This document shows, piece by piece, positions 1-9,799 of a DNA stretch of 64,000 bases. This DNA comes from Trypanosoma brucei. Taxonomy: Eukaryota. The translations under genes were made by a program, and so were the position numbers. Location: the NCBI GenBank assembly GCA_000002445.1, contig CM000207.1, forward strand, positions 2,400,001-2,464,000, written 5' to 3'. A model generated the notes under the pieces. That model ran no database searches and had not been told where the DNA came from. It worked only from the letters and a program-made list of their open reading frames with translations. The first letter of the stretch is position 1, and each line of letters starts with the position of its first letter.

Positions 1-138
1 TCTCTTCTTGATTTATTTTTACTTTTGTGTGCGTGTTTCGTCGTGTTTTGTTTTGCGTCTCAGTTGAACTGTGGTCACATGTCCTCTTTTTACATCTTAA
101 CGTTGCCTTCAGAGTGTCTTAATCCATTTATAAATGTT

Positions 139-160
139 TATATATATATATATATATATA
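139..160. repeat. (TA)n microsatellite, ~11 units
   Basis: Direct reading: tatatatata tatatatata run inside an AT-rich low-complexity leader. Confidence 0.9.
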
Positions 161-770
161 TGTGCGTGTTTATTTATTTACTTATTTTGTTATTCAAACT
201 GGTTCCGAGGAATGTATGTGGATGTCTATATGTATATTCCTTTGTTTTGTTGTTGTGGGGACGTATCCCACGGGGTTCCCTCATTTAACGACTGAAGGAT
301 GAAGGTGAAGTCCACGTAATATTTGGCGGTGGAATGCTTCCTTTCATTTATTTTCATGGCTTGATGGCTTTGGCTTGTTTTGGTTTCAGTTTTAATTTTA
401 TTTTTCAATTTTGGTAATTTATTTTTTTATTTAAAGTTTTCATCCATTTTATTTACCTTTGTTTTTTACCATGTACATTTTTACTTCCCCTCACCTCATA
501 ATATAACTGCATGTATGCGCGCGTGTGCATGTATGTATGTGTGTTCCACTCTCCTCTCTCTTTTCTTTCCACTCTTTTTCTTTTTCTTTACCTTCCTTTT
601 TTTTGGGGGTTGTTGTTGTTGTTTTTATTTCATTACATTTCGTAAAGATAACGGCTGCAGTGGTTCTTGTGCTTAATGTTTATAAGCGTGTCGTGTATGA
701 AACGTCGTTTGCCTTCACTTAACTCCTCATGCACACAAAAGGTGGATATTTCCTCAATACACACACGAAT

Positions 771-809
<39 letters not shown>
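771..809. repeat. compound (AC)n-(AT)n microsatellite
   Basis: Direct reading: acacacacacacacaca immediately followed by tatatatatatatatatatata. Confidence 0.9.
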
Positions 810-1248
810 ATTTATATGGATTTATATGTTCTTATGTTTGTTTATGTGTGTGTTTATATGTATGTTTGTTTGTGCTTGTTTAGATGTTCTGTTTTGTCTT
901 GTTTTGCCATATAAATTTATTACTATTGTGAACGGTTTGTCAAATAATAAAAACATTAAAAACCTCTCCCCTCCTTTCCCCTTCCTCAAAAAGGGAAAAA
1001 ACAGAAAGAAAAAGGAGTGGTGACGCACCGCTCTCCTTTGGTTTATTATTTGCTTAGATTTGTTTGTTTTCTTCGTTGTTGCTGGCATATAATAATCTAA
1101 GATTTTGTCTCTTCCATCTCTCCTCTTTTTCTCGGCTGTTTGTTTGTGTTTTTGTGTGTTTTTTTCCTTTTATCAAACGTACATGAATATATATATATAT
1201 GTATATTACTTTTGTTTTAGTCCTCTGATGATGTCGGCATTGCTTCCT

Positions 1249-1268
1249 TGTGTGTGTGTGTGTGTGTG
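1249..1268. repeat. (TG)n microsatellite, ~10 units
   Basis: Direct reading: tgtgtgtgtgtgtgtgtgtg. Confidence 0.9.
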
Positions 1269-1650
1269 TAACTGAAATATATATATGGAGGGTTGTGGCA
1301 TTATTATTATTATTACTGTTTACTATTGTTAATGCTATTGTTAACATCTCAATTATTTATTTCTGTTACTGTTTTTTTTTACTTTTCATTTTTTAGTTAG
1401 TAATGCAAAAAGATGGATTTCATAAAATGCTTTCACCTGCGGCAGCTATCGTTATTATCACAATGAATCGGATGCGTGCACACAGGCCTTCACGCTTATT
1501 ATTTTATTTTATTTTTTAGCGATTGATAACAACAAGTAAAAACACAGATGAAAGCTTCGTTTTGGCAATGGAGAAATTATCATATGTCATTCAATACAAA
1601 ATTATAATAACTATAATATAATATAAATGGTGCTTACGAATCAATCGGAT

Positions 1651-1696
1651 TGTGTTGGGGACGTGCCGGAAGGCACGTCAACGGGTTTCCAACACA
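1651..1696. other. nested inverted repeat / stem-loop. The outer stem is tgtgttgg..ccaacaca. The inner perfect 8-bp hairpin is gacgtgcc-ggaa-ggcacgtc.
   Basis: Direct reading. 1660-1667 gacgtgcc pairs with 1672-1679 ggcacgtc across loop ggaa. 1651-1658 tgtgttgg pairs with 1689-1696 ccaacaca. Confidence 0.6.
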
Positions 1697-4133
1697 CGAA
1701 CGATCAGGGAAGTGAACGGCAATTGCAACTTGTTTTTTATTTGTATTTTTATTTTTGCTCTTGAGTCTAATGGTGGTGATGAGCATATTTGTACAGAGTA
1801 ATTGGGGATGTTTTCATGCCGGATGTTATGGTTTATTACATGAAATGCCCTTTTGGTAAATGCGTTCCATCAATTTTCGTCAAACTGACCGCTGTTATTG
1901 TTGTTATTGTTGTTTTTATTCATACACGCGCTAAATGATTGTGGGATCAGTTTATGGTACCGTTCAAAAATGTATATAACACGGCGTTGCATTTATGCAT
2001 GAAGTTAAGTTAAATTAAGTTAGGTTAAGTGAATTGTTCATTCAGTTGTCAAATATGCGAGTTTGAAACAGTGATTAAAGGATGGAACGGTGTGAAGTGC
2101 TCGATATCTCTTCTTTTTTTTAAAAAAAAAGTATATAAAATAAAGCAAGAAAGGATTTGAACGGGGTTTCGGAGGAATTCCTTCGTTAGTAAATTCTTTT
2201 TTTGATGCCTCCAGTGGTTTCAGGAACCGAACATAGATTATAACATCTCAAGTGGAAACTTAAATTTCACACGAAAATATGCCTTTTGAAAGTCGTTTAC
2301 AGCAAATGGCCATTAGCAATGATGTGCGTTGATCCTCCCGCCTAAGAGGTGATAACTTAAACCTTTAAAATGCTGGAAAGAATCTTTGAATAAGTTGAGT
2401 GTATGACATTATGGTTCCTTAACTCTAAATAAAACGCCACATATTGTAATGTTGAGGTACGGGGACTTGTGTGTCCCTCTACGCCCATTGGGGAGGGGAG
2501 AGCCGCGTATTTTAACTGCATTTGCAGCGTTTTATCCCTCAGTGTGTGGGTGTGGCCCATTTAAGGAATGCACAGCTGAAAGATGCTCCTTGAAACTGCT
2601 TTTGCTTTCACCCGTTAAATCCATGAAGCGATGACTTGCAACAAAAACAGCGTTTGTACGTGTATATTAATATGTTTATGTACGTGTGTGAATATGGATA
2701 TAAATATTGATATTGATATTTCCTCCTTGAGGATAATAGTAATTTCTTTCTTCAAGCGTTTGTCCTGCCCCAGTTACAACAAAGTAACATCCACATGTGT
2801 CTTCCTCTGCTGTTGATTTTGACGTGACTGCGAGACGTCCACTCGACAATGCGAAGATGTGGGAGAGCATGGCTGCGTTATACAGGTGTTTGCACTATCA
2901 ATTTGCTCGGCCCCTTATCAAGGGCTTTCGTTTTTACGTGTTAATGAAACCACGAATTAATTCATCAGTACCGTTGACTGCTCTTTCCGCTATGGGCGGC
3001 ATCAGAGATGTAACCGCACCATAATAGTGATGCGCCGACGCTCATAAGGAATGTGGTTTTCCACCTAAGTAGACTGTGAGGTGATGCTCCATTTGTATAT
3101 GCGCCGGTAGGGGCCATTTAGAGGCAAATGATATTCGTGTGTGTACACGTTCGCGTGTGTGCATGAGGGCTCTGGAACTTAAACTGGAGGTGTAAAGCAT
3201 ATACACGCCGACACTTCTATTTTTTTGGGGGGGGGAAGTACCAAATCTGACGGAGGGTTTGTCGTTTTCGCCCGGAGGATGTACCATTTTAAAAACTTAG
3301 GTTAATCAAATCGAAGAACATGTCGGCCGTGTTGATTTCAAGTGGGGTGTTTGTTGTGGGGAACAGCACACAAGTTAAAAGGAGTGCACAGTGCATGAGT
3401 TGCCTTGTGGGGTGGACCGGTGCATACATACGAATATTCAGAGACTCTTTTGGGTCTTTTTTTATTTTTTTAAAAAAAAACTTTGAAGATGCCCCTGCTG
3501 ATTTATAGTTACTCCACATCCGAGCGATGATTGAGTGGGAATGATCGCAGAGAGTCATACGCGTGTCGGCACTCCTGGCTTTTTTTCTTTTTATCAGGTG
3601 AGGTTGGTGCGTGTGTAACGGAAGCAGAAGAAGGTAAAGCGGGACGAATAGGAGAGTCTCAGTGGCAAAAGGATTCGTTACTGGCATGAAACTAATTGCC
3701 AATTCAAAGAGCTTTTCCGCATCTTTCCCAACAAGACGGGAGACGATAAAAGAAACAGGGCTGTGTAAGGGGGGAGGAAAATGGGCGAGCAATAGCCGCT
3801 GCAGTTAAAGAGTATGTGCTGCCTTGTGGGAAAGTTTAATGATTTGCATTCCTCAGCGGTGAGGTTAGGAATGAAAAAAAAAAATTTCCTATGGAAGAAA
3901 TCTCGCGGTTGGGTGCTGGGGAAGCCGAAGCGGCAGTTTGGGTCGCGATCATGCAATCCGCATCACTCGTGAAAAAATGTCTGGTTGACCACGCGTTTTT
4001 GTCGGTAATTGTGGGTCAGTGGCGCGCTATGACCTCTTCTAAAACCAATAAACAAATTGTCAACGAGGCTAGAACTTAACACATGTGGGTAAAGTCCGTT
4101 GTGGTGTAGCCGCTGGTTCGAACAATCCTAAAT

Positions 4134-4203
4134 GCTTTTTTTTTGCAATTTTTTAAGACACTCAACGTTGCTCCTCCCTTTCCCTCACCTTACCTCAGGG
4201 AGT
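4134..4203 (+). promoter_or_regulatory. polypyrimidine tract plus AG dinucleotides: candidate SL trans-splice acceptor region for the downstream ORF
   Basis: ctttttttttgcaatttttt...ctcctccctttccctcaccttacctcAGggAGt immediately 5' of ATG at 4204. This is the kinetoplastid trans-splicing architecture (established knowledge). The exact acceptor is not determinable from sequence alone. Confidence 0.4.
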
Positions 4204-5439
4204 ATGAGAACGATCCTCACCACATTAGGGTTATTGTTAGGCGTCACGCAGTACTCTGTGGGTGTCCCTGGAGCTGCCCTCAGCGTTGCAGCCGCTAGAA
4301 TAGTGTGCGAAGCGGCTATGGAACTTGGGAGAGCCGAATCTTATATCTCGATGAAACTGCGCGAAACGCGCGACTTGATCGAGTCCTTGAAAGTTGCTCG
4401 CAGACTCCTTGATGGCAAACTGCAGCGGGACAGACCCATCGGGGAGGAGTGCCTGAACGCAGTTAAGCTTATCGCTCACGCAGATGGTCTGGGTCGCAAA
4501 CTAGAGTCGCAATATTATGAGTTGGAGAGGATAGGGTTCAAAACCGCCTCCAAGTCCCGGCTGGCCTCCGGGAGACTCCACGAATTTATTTTAGTGTTTT
4601 CCCAGTGGCACGACGGCGAGGGCAGATGCATTGCCAACGGGGACGAGGAGGGCGACACACAGGGTGAAGTCACGCTGCGCCGTTGTATGAGCAGTTTGGT
4701 TAACGGAAGCTACGAAGACGGTGGCGGTGGCGTCCATCACAACTTCCCGCGTTATCTGAGGGAATCATTTCAGAATCTTTTTACGCTAGATGAGGATGTA
4801 TCGCTGAACAAGGATAATGGATGTCCTCTGACAAGGTGGAAAGTCATCCACAACGCAACGGCAAATGCCACGGGACGGAGTGGGGCCGCGGAAGATGTTA
4901 GGTGGGCAGGTGGGCTCCTTATTGTCACAGGTAACGGCCCCAGATGGATTTCAGACATTGAAGGGGTCCCGATGCTATCCAAAACGAAAACTAGCCTTGG
5001 AAAATTTGTGTCGATGTCCAGTAAAATTACCAGTGCCTTCAGTAATTTTATGGGAATAGTTTGGGCAGACAACCCGTGGTTGGTGAACAGCAGTGAAGTG
5101 GACAGTCTGATCGTGGGTGTTGACCTCTACATCTTTATGCACCCTTCCAGGGACTTCCAGATCAATGAAAGGGACCTAGACCGCCTGACAAAAACTTATT
5201 GTGGCGAACCCCTCCCCGCTCACGTGCGGCTCAGCGACAAAGTTGCTGACGGAAGGGACGGAAATAGTGACGTCTCGCCTCGCGGCCCTGTAGTCCCCGC
5301 AAACATATCTGAAACCAATACGATTTTCGGTAGCGATGATGACGATGAAGATTACAATGGTTTAACGGAGGTTAAGGCTGGGACCGAGCTTCTGTCGTTG
5401 TTGTTTCCCCTCGTGGCAATAAACCTTTTTCTTGTCTGA
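4204..5439 (+). CDS. GPI-anchored surface protein, ESAG6/PAG (transferrin-receptor-like, VSG N-domain-like) family candidate
   Basis: In-frame ATG (MRTILTTLGLLLGVTQYSVG = signal peptide) within the tracked ORF 4132-5439. The hydrophobic C-terminus ELLSLLFPLVAINLFLV is GPI-signal-like. The internal block ASGRLHEFILVFSQ..GRCI and the spaced Cys pattern resemble, from memory, the ESAG6 motif GRLEEWIFVFAQ. Several N-x-S/T sites. The family call is by recall, not search. Confidence 0.55.
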   Translation: MRTILTTLGLLLGVTQYSVGVPGAALSVAAARIVCEAAMELGRAESYISMKLRETRDLIESLKVARRLLDGKLQRDRPIGEECLNAVKLIAHADGLGRKLESQYYELERIGFKTASKSRLASGRLHEFILVFSQWHDGEGRCIANGDEEGDTQGEVTLRRCMSSLVNGSYEDGGGGVHHNFPRYLRESFQNLFTLDEDVSLNKDNGCPLTRWKVIHNATANATGRSGAAEDVRWAGGLLIVTGNGPRWISDIEGVPMLSKTKTSLGKFVSMSSKITSAFSNFMGIVWADNPWLVNSSEVDSLIVGVDLYIFMHPSRDFQINERDLDRLTKTYCGEPLPAHVRLSDKVADGRDGNSDVSPRGPVVPANISETNTIFGSDDDDEDYNGLTEVKAGTELLSLLFPLVAINLFLV

Positions 5440-5535
5440 TGTGAATGTAAAAGAAGTAACTGGCTCGTATATACATTGATCTCTTGTATTGGGTAGAGCT
5501 CGCCATTTTGCAGCCTATGCGTGCCACAACATCTG

Positions 5536-5919
5536 TCACCGTGTGTAACAAGTGAAGTTCCAGTTTACCTTGGTCATTGCATTTAACTTTCCTAAACCTC
5601 CATCCACATCGTGCACTCCGCCAAACTGTAGCGCGGGAAGTTGTTGAAAAATGTGAATCTCATTGCATCCTTTTGCAATCCGACTTTCTTGGTCCACGCA
5701 AGCATGGGTCAGAAAGCATTTTAGCCAACCTCGGAAGTCACAACCAAGGAACTCATAAAAAGAGCTCCTTCCTCCCTGGTACAGTGCGCTGTCAAAATAA
5801 AAGTCCTGTCCCCCTTTCCCTGACTGTTTTCTCCGCCGGTTAGGGCGGCTGCAGCGTTGGTAGAACCAGGTGGTATTTCGCGCTAAATCCTTATTCCAAA
5901 TGACGGTAGAACGCATCAA
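5536..5919 (-). CDS. possible short ORF or gene fragment (127 aa), unassigned
   Basis: ORF track only. No signal peptide or recognisable motif. It sits between the ESAG6-like gene and the array boundary. It could be a relic or pseudogene fragment. Confidence 0.2.
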   Translation of the reverse strand: MMRSTVIWNKDLARNTTWFYQRCSRPNRRRKQSGKGGQDFYFDSALYQGGRSSFYEFLGCDFRGWLKCFLTHACVDQESRIAKGCNEIHIFQQLPALQFGGVHDVDGGLGKLNAMTKVNWNFTCYTR

Positions 5920-8325
5920 ATGAGAGCAAACACAGAAAATTCGGTTATGATACTATTGTGATGCAGTCATTTCGGAAAGACGTGCAAAGGCGGTAGTGTT
6001 CAGCAGCGCAGCATTGTCGTCAAGGGAAACGGCGGGTAATGGGATGAGACAGTGGAGAACCCAGCACGCTGAAAGCTGAAGCACATTACAGACTCGTAGT
6101 GTTCAAGGAACGAACTGCACCTGCGTTAAGGTGCATGTCAACTTCAAAAATGCGAGGAATCAGCGCTGCTACTGAGAGGATTGTTGATTGCCACAGGAAG
6201 TGGCCCACCAACATGGTGCAGTGCGGTGCAATGAGGAGATCACTTGCTCACGCGACTCACAGAGGGAACTGAAGAGTATGCTACGGCCAAGTTAGAGCCA
6301 AGTGTACTGGACAGGATTATGAGGTGGGAACAGATAGGAACTAACAAGAAATCAAAACTACGTTTGTAAGATACACAAAGAAGAGGCGCACTGAAGATTA
6401 CTTCATGCCGCACTATTTTTGTGGCGGCCAAACTTAAAAGTGGAGAAGGGTAAAGGAAGTCAACGAGTGCCCGAAGCTTTTGTAATTATTTGGTTGAAGG
6501 AAGTTGCTCCAAAATGACGTGCGGAATGGCCGCGCAGCTAAGGCGGGAGAGAAAATTGTAGTAATTTAAAGCAAGGGTGAAGGAGCTTACCTGCTTATTT
6601 GCTTAAACGGCTGCACAGCAACCGTAGGGCAAAGAAATGGAATTCAGAAATACGGTAGAGGAAGATATGTGTACACGTGCAGCCGGTGTGGTTCCTTTGG
6701 GGTTCCGTTAGGTATTAAATGGGGGTAAAGCCATTGTCAATGACAGTGAGCACGAGGCCGAAGATAACGGCTGGTTCATCCGCTTACACAAGCAAATTTT
6801 TCAACAAACAGATACTTTTTTAACTTTCACTAACTGTAATTATATGCCTCTCAGTTAAACATAAGGCTAATAAATTCCAAAAGCGTTTCGATCGTAACGA
6901 TAGCGACATATGTCGCTAAGACACACATGAAAACATGCACAGTGGTCGTACCAAAGTATCCTCACCAGCGTAGCAACACAAAAAGTTAATGGAAATTTCC
7001 TATGGAAGAGAAACCATGCGATATTCCGGTAAGGCACTTGAAACCCTTCAGTAGCAGGCGATATCCACGGATCGTTAACAACATGGAATGAGAATCACAA
7101 CACACAAGGGGGAAAGGAATCGCAATTACTCTTTGAATATCAATACTTTTAGAGGGTCGAACTATCATCTGTCATCTGTCCCACGTGGCACTCTCACACA
7201 CCACATCAAGGGTGATGGGAGAAATTTTTTGTGGGAGCATACGATGGCCGATGAGTTGGTGAGAGATCAATTATGTTTGCAACACTGCCGTTTTGGTTAT
7301 TTTCTACTTGAGCACCTTTGATACAGTGGGCCATATCAGGGTTGTGCAATAAATGCGTAAAGTTAGTGGAGAAAAGTCTAACACCCTCTGCACCGCATCC
7401 TTACCAACAGAAGGAATGGCAGCAGCTCACTTAGATAAATCACTTCCCCCTGACAAGAATAGTTTAACAGAGGGCAGGTGAAAGGCACAGTGTTCAGCCT
7501 TTTACTGTTAAAAGCTGCAGTTACCTCCCTTCATTTTCTTACCAAACATCCCAAGACACAGCTTAAAGCATGGATTCTTTGTGGAAGACTTGACAGTGAG
7601 GAGAGGGAACGTGGATGGCTTTTCAGAAGGAACTGAATGTTATAGCTGTGATAGGAATCCGTATTTACTTCAGATAACTCGTCACGAAGAAAACAGGGTG
7701 TGAGGTGTTGGGAGGACATTTGGGGTCACGGTAATGCGGAAACGCGGCGACACCCACTCCATGTTGAATTTATATCCACACCGTTAATGTACTGGCAAAT
7801 CGGATATCCGCAGCGCCTTCTTACCCATAGAGTGCAAAGTGAAGAATACAAACTGACATTGACACTCTTCATTACTTCCAACATGTATTACACACGCGTT
7901 ACTCGGATGTAAGATATCGTGTGATTACAGGAGTTATTTCAAATATCAAGAGAGCTATGGAGAGTAATGGTTTCCTGATCTTTTTTCACCCATTCTGCCA
8001 TTTCATATCATCTCTCCCATGAAATTTCGATGATATGGGGAAACAATGTGTGGTGGAGCGTATATGTAAAAAGAAGACCTGAGGGCACTTTCACCCTGGG
8101 CACCTTGTCACACGAAATAGGAGCTATGGAAGACTTTCTCACTGAGGGTTGAGCCCCTTCCACACTATTTCATGGGATTCGTGCGAAGGGAAAACAGAAA
8201 AATTATGTTTTAGCAGTAGTCATGAAGAGTTTAATTTTGTGTGAAGTAATAACCCTGAGAACACTGAAACACTTCCATGAGATGTGTGGAAGAATGTCAA
8301 AATGTCAAGAAAGCTCAAAATACTT

Positions 8326-8355
8326 CACTTTTTGGTTCTTTTTTGATTTTGCTAG
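8326..8355 (+). promoter_or_regulatory. polyY tract + AG (8354-8355): predicted SL trans-splice acceptor for array gene 1, 5'UTR ~16 nt
   Basis: cttcactttttggttcttttttgattttgctAGagg, 17 nt before ATG 8372. It is conserved in every unit. Confidence 0.5.
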
Positions 8356-8371
8356 AGGACAAGGGTGAAAC

Positions 8372-9799
8372 ATGCAAGGCACTATGTACTGGGTTGTATT
8401 TTTAGTGGCGGTACTACAGGGTATTCATTTAGTGTCGGGCCAGGAGGAGATATTGAATGAACAAGAGTTTGAAGCGTTGTGTCGAATGATAAATTGGGCA
8501 GAAAGGGGACTGAAGCACATAAAAGTAACAAAACGAGTTACCCAAGAAGCTCTGAAAATAGGCGTAAGATATCTTGAAGTGGCCGGTGAGGAAAATGCTG
8601 CTGAACTCGCTGAGGCACAGGACTATTCTTGTACGAAGAGAATGGAGGATCGGAAAAGGAATTGTGGGCTGTACAAAACATTTTGGGAAGAGGCGCAGAG
8701 AGTATTGAACAAAGGGGTTGACAGCGGAGAAAGACCTGAGCGAAAAAAAAACGGCTTGCGGGAGCACAGTGCAGAGATTAGAAAAAAGGCAATGGAAGTG
8801 GCAGATATATATCACGAAATCGAAGCGAAGAGTCCATCTGGACAAGTAGAAAAGATTGAAGAACAGCTCAATAAAGCTCTTTATGGAAGGACACACACTG
8901 CTGAAGAGATAAGGGAAAGAGAAGAGCGAAGCAGGGTGTGCGGGAAAACATTACCAAATCCACCTAATAGAGAAGACCAATCACTAGCCGTGGATTTGCT
9001 GTGCTTGTGTGCAATGCACGGCTCTTGGAACGGCAGGGAGATATGCTGCGCAGACTGCACCACAGGAAGAAATAGCGAGGAGTGGAATCCAGAATCAAAC
9101 AGCGCGCACCGCTGGGAATTTCTGAAACAGAAGTGTGCGGGAGTCATTCCAAGCTATGGTAGCACGGGGGAAAGACTGCGTGATGCAAAACAAAATTTTA
9201 TGGATGCAGTAACGAAAATAACTACAAGGAGGGGGGAGCAGTTGTCCAAACTAGGAGAAAAGCAAAACAACAACGTAAAAGACTGCGGCGCGGACACAAG
9301 CAAGAGCCAAGGAATATGCATGCTGTACGGAGCAGTTGACGGAGTGAACCTGCCCTGGATGAAAACTTTGGAAAGTGTCGAAGACAGGATAGGACTTCTG
9401 ATGCAAGAGAGCCAAGACAAGACATCAAAACTTGAGAGAATTAAAGAGCTAAGTCAAGAGATAGAAAGCTTAATCAAAGGTGATACGGGGCGAGGAAGAC
9501 AACAGGGAAGACAGAAACGGAGTGTGGATACCGAGAACAGTGTCCCAGAAACCCCAGCTGACCCGAGCGATCCAACACAGTCAACCACAGATACCAATAG
9601 AAAAAAGCAAGGTGAAAGGAAACCGATATCAACAGGTAACGGTGCATCCAAAAGCTACGGTGGAGATGAGGTTGATTCTTACGATTCCAAATGCGATGGA
9701 GAAAACTCGGCATGCTCAGATTCACCAGCAAAGCCAACAGTAAAAAGCAGCAAAAGTGCTATAAATTGTCCACTGGGATTAATTTTGCTTTTGGTATAA
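8372..9799 (+). CDS. array paralog 1: secreted, GPI-anchored variant surface glycoprotein-like protein (475 aa), family unassigned
   Basis: Signal peptide MQGTMYWVVFLVAVLQGIHLVSGQ. Ten-plus Cys, including the LLCLCAMH..CCADCTTG block. Conserved RQKR, then a T/P/S/D-rich tail, then KCDGENSACSDSP, then the hydrophobic end INCPLGLILLLV (GPI-signal-like). Stop taa at 9797-9799 verified. Confidence 0.8.
   Translation: MQGTMYWVVFLVAVLQGIHLVSGQEEILNEQEFEALCRMINWAERGLKHIKVTKRVTQEALKIGVRYLEVAGEENAAELAEAQDYSCTKRMEDRKRNCGLYKTFWEEAQRVLNKGVDSGERPERKKNGLREHSAEIRKKAMEVADIYHEIEAKSPSGQVEKIEEQLNKALYGRTHTAEEIREREERSRVCGKTLPNPPNREDQSLAVDLLCLCAMHGSWNGREICCADCTTGRNSEEWNPESNSAHRWEFLKQKCAGVIPSYGSTGERLRDAKQNFMDAVTKITTRRGEQLSKLGEKQNNNVKDCGADTSKSQGICMLYGAVDGVNLPWMKTLESVEDRIGLLMQESQDKTSKLERIKELSQEIESLIKGDTGRGRQQGRQKRSVDTENSVPETPADPSDPTQSTTDTNRKKQGERKPISTGNGASKSYGGDEVDSYDSKCDGENSACSDSPAKPTVKSSKSAINCPLGLILLLV

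Noticed and set aside
380-1347. Multiple 60-100 aa ORFs in the first 1.4 kb
   Set aside because: They lie entirely within microsatellite and low-complexity DNA. The translations are Phe/Leu/Cys/Tyr homopolymeric and not protein-like.
2300-2640. GC-rich island with a 61-aa ORF. Examined as a possible spliced-leader or small-RNA gene.
   Set aside because: No SL exon sequence (AACTAACGCTATTATTAGAACAGTTTCTGTACTATATTG) and no snRNA-like boxes were found. The ORF has no protein-like features.
4080-4130. tRNA-like T-loop string ggttcgaac in ..gtagccgctggttcgaacaatcc..
   Set aside because: It does not fit the GGTTCGAATCC T-arm consensus. No acceptor-stem/anticodon-arm complement is evident. It sits in the polyY leader of the ESAG6-like gene.
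8085-8110. CCCTGG string (tttcaccctgggcacc) as a possible ingi/RIME/L1Tc 5' signature
   Set aside because: Only a 6-mer match, and my recall of the element's 5' consensus is uncertain. There are no flanking target-site duplications and no poly(A) tail at a corresponding 3' end.
8429-9428. Antisense ORFs overlapping the array CDSs (e.g. 8429-8896, 8881-9147, 9154-9420, 9222-9428 on the - strand, and their counterparts in units 2-5)
   Set aside because: They lie antisense to a long ORF bearing strong protein signatures (signal peptide, GPI signal, conserved Cys). They are Ser/Leu/Phe/Cys-rich, as is typical of antisense frames. They are treated as spurious.
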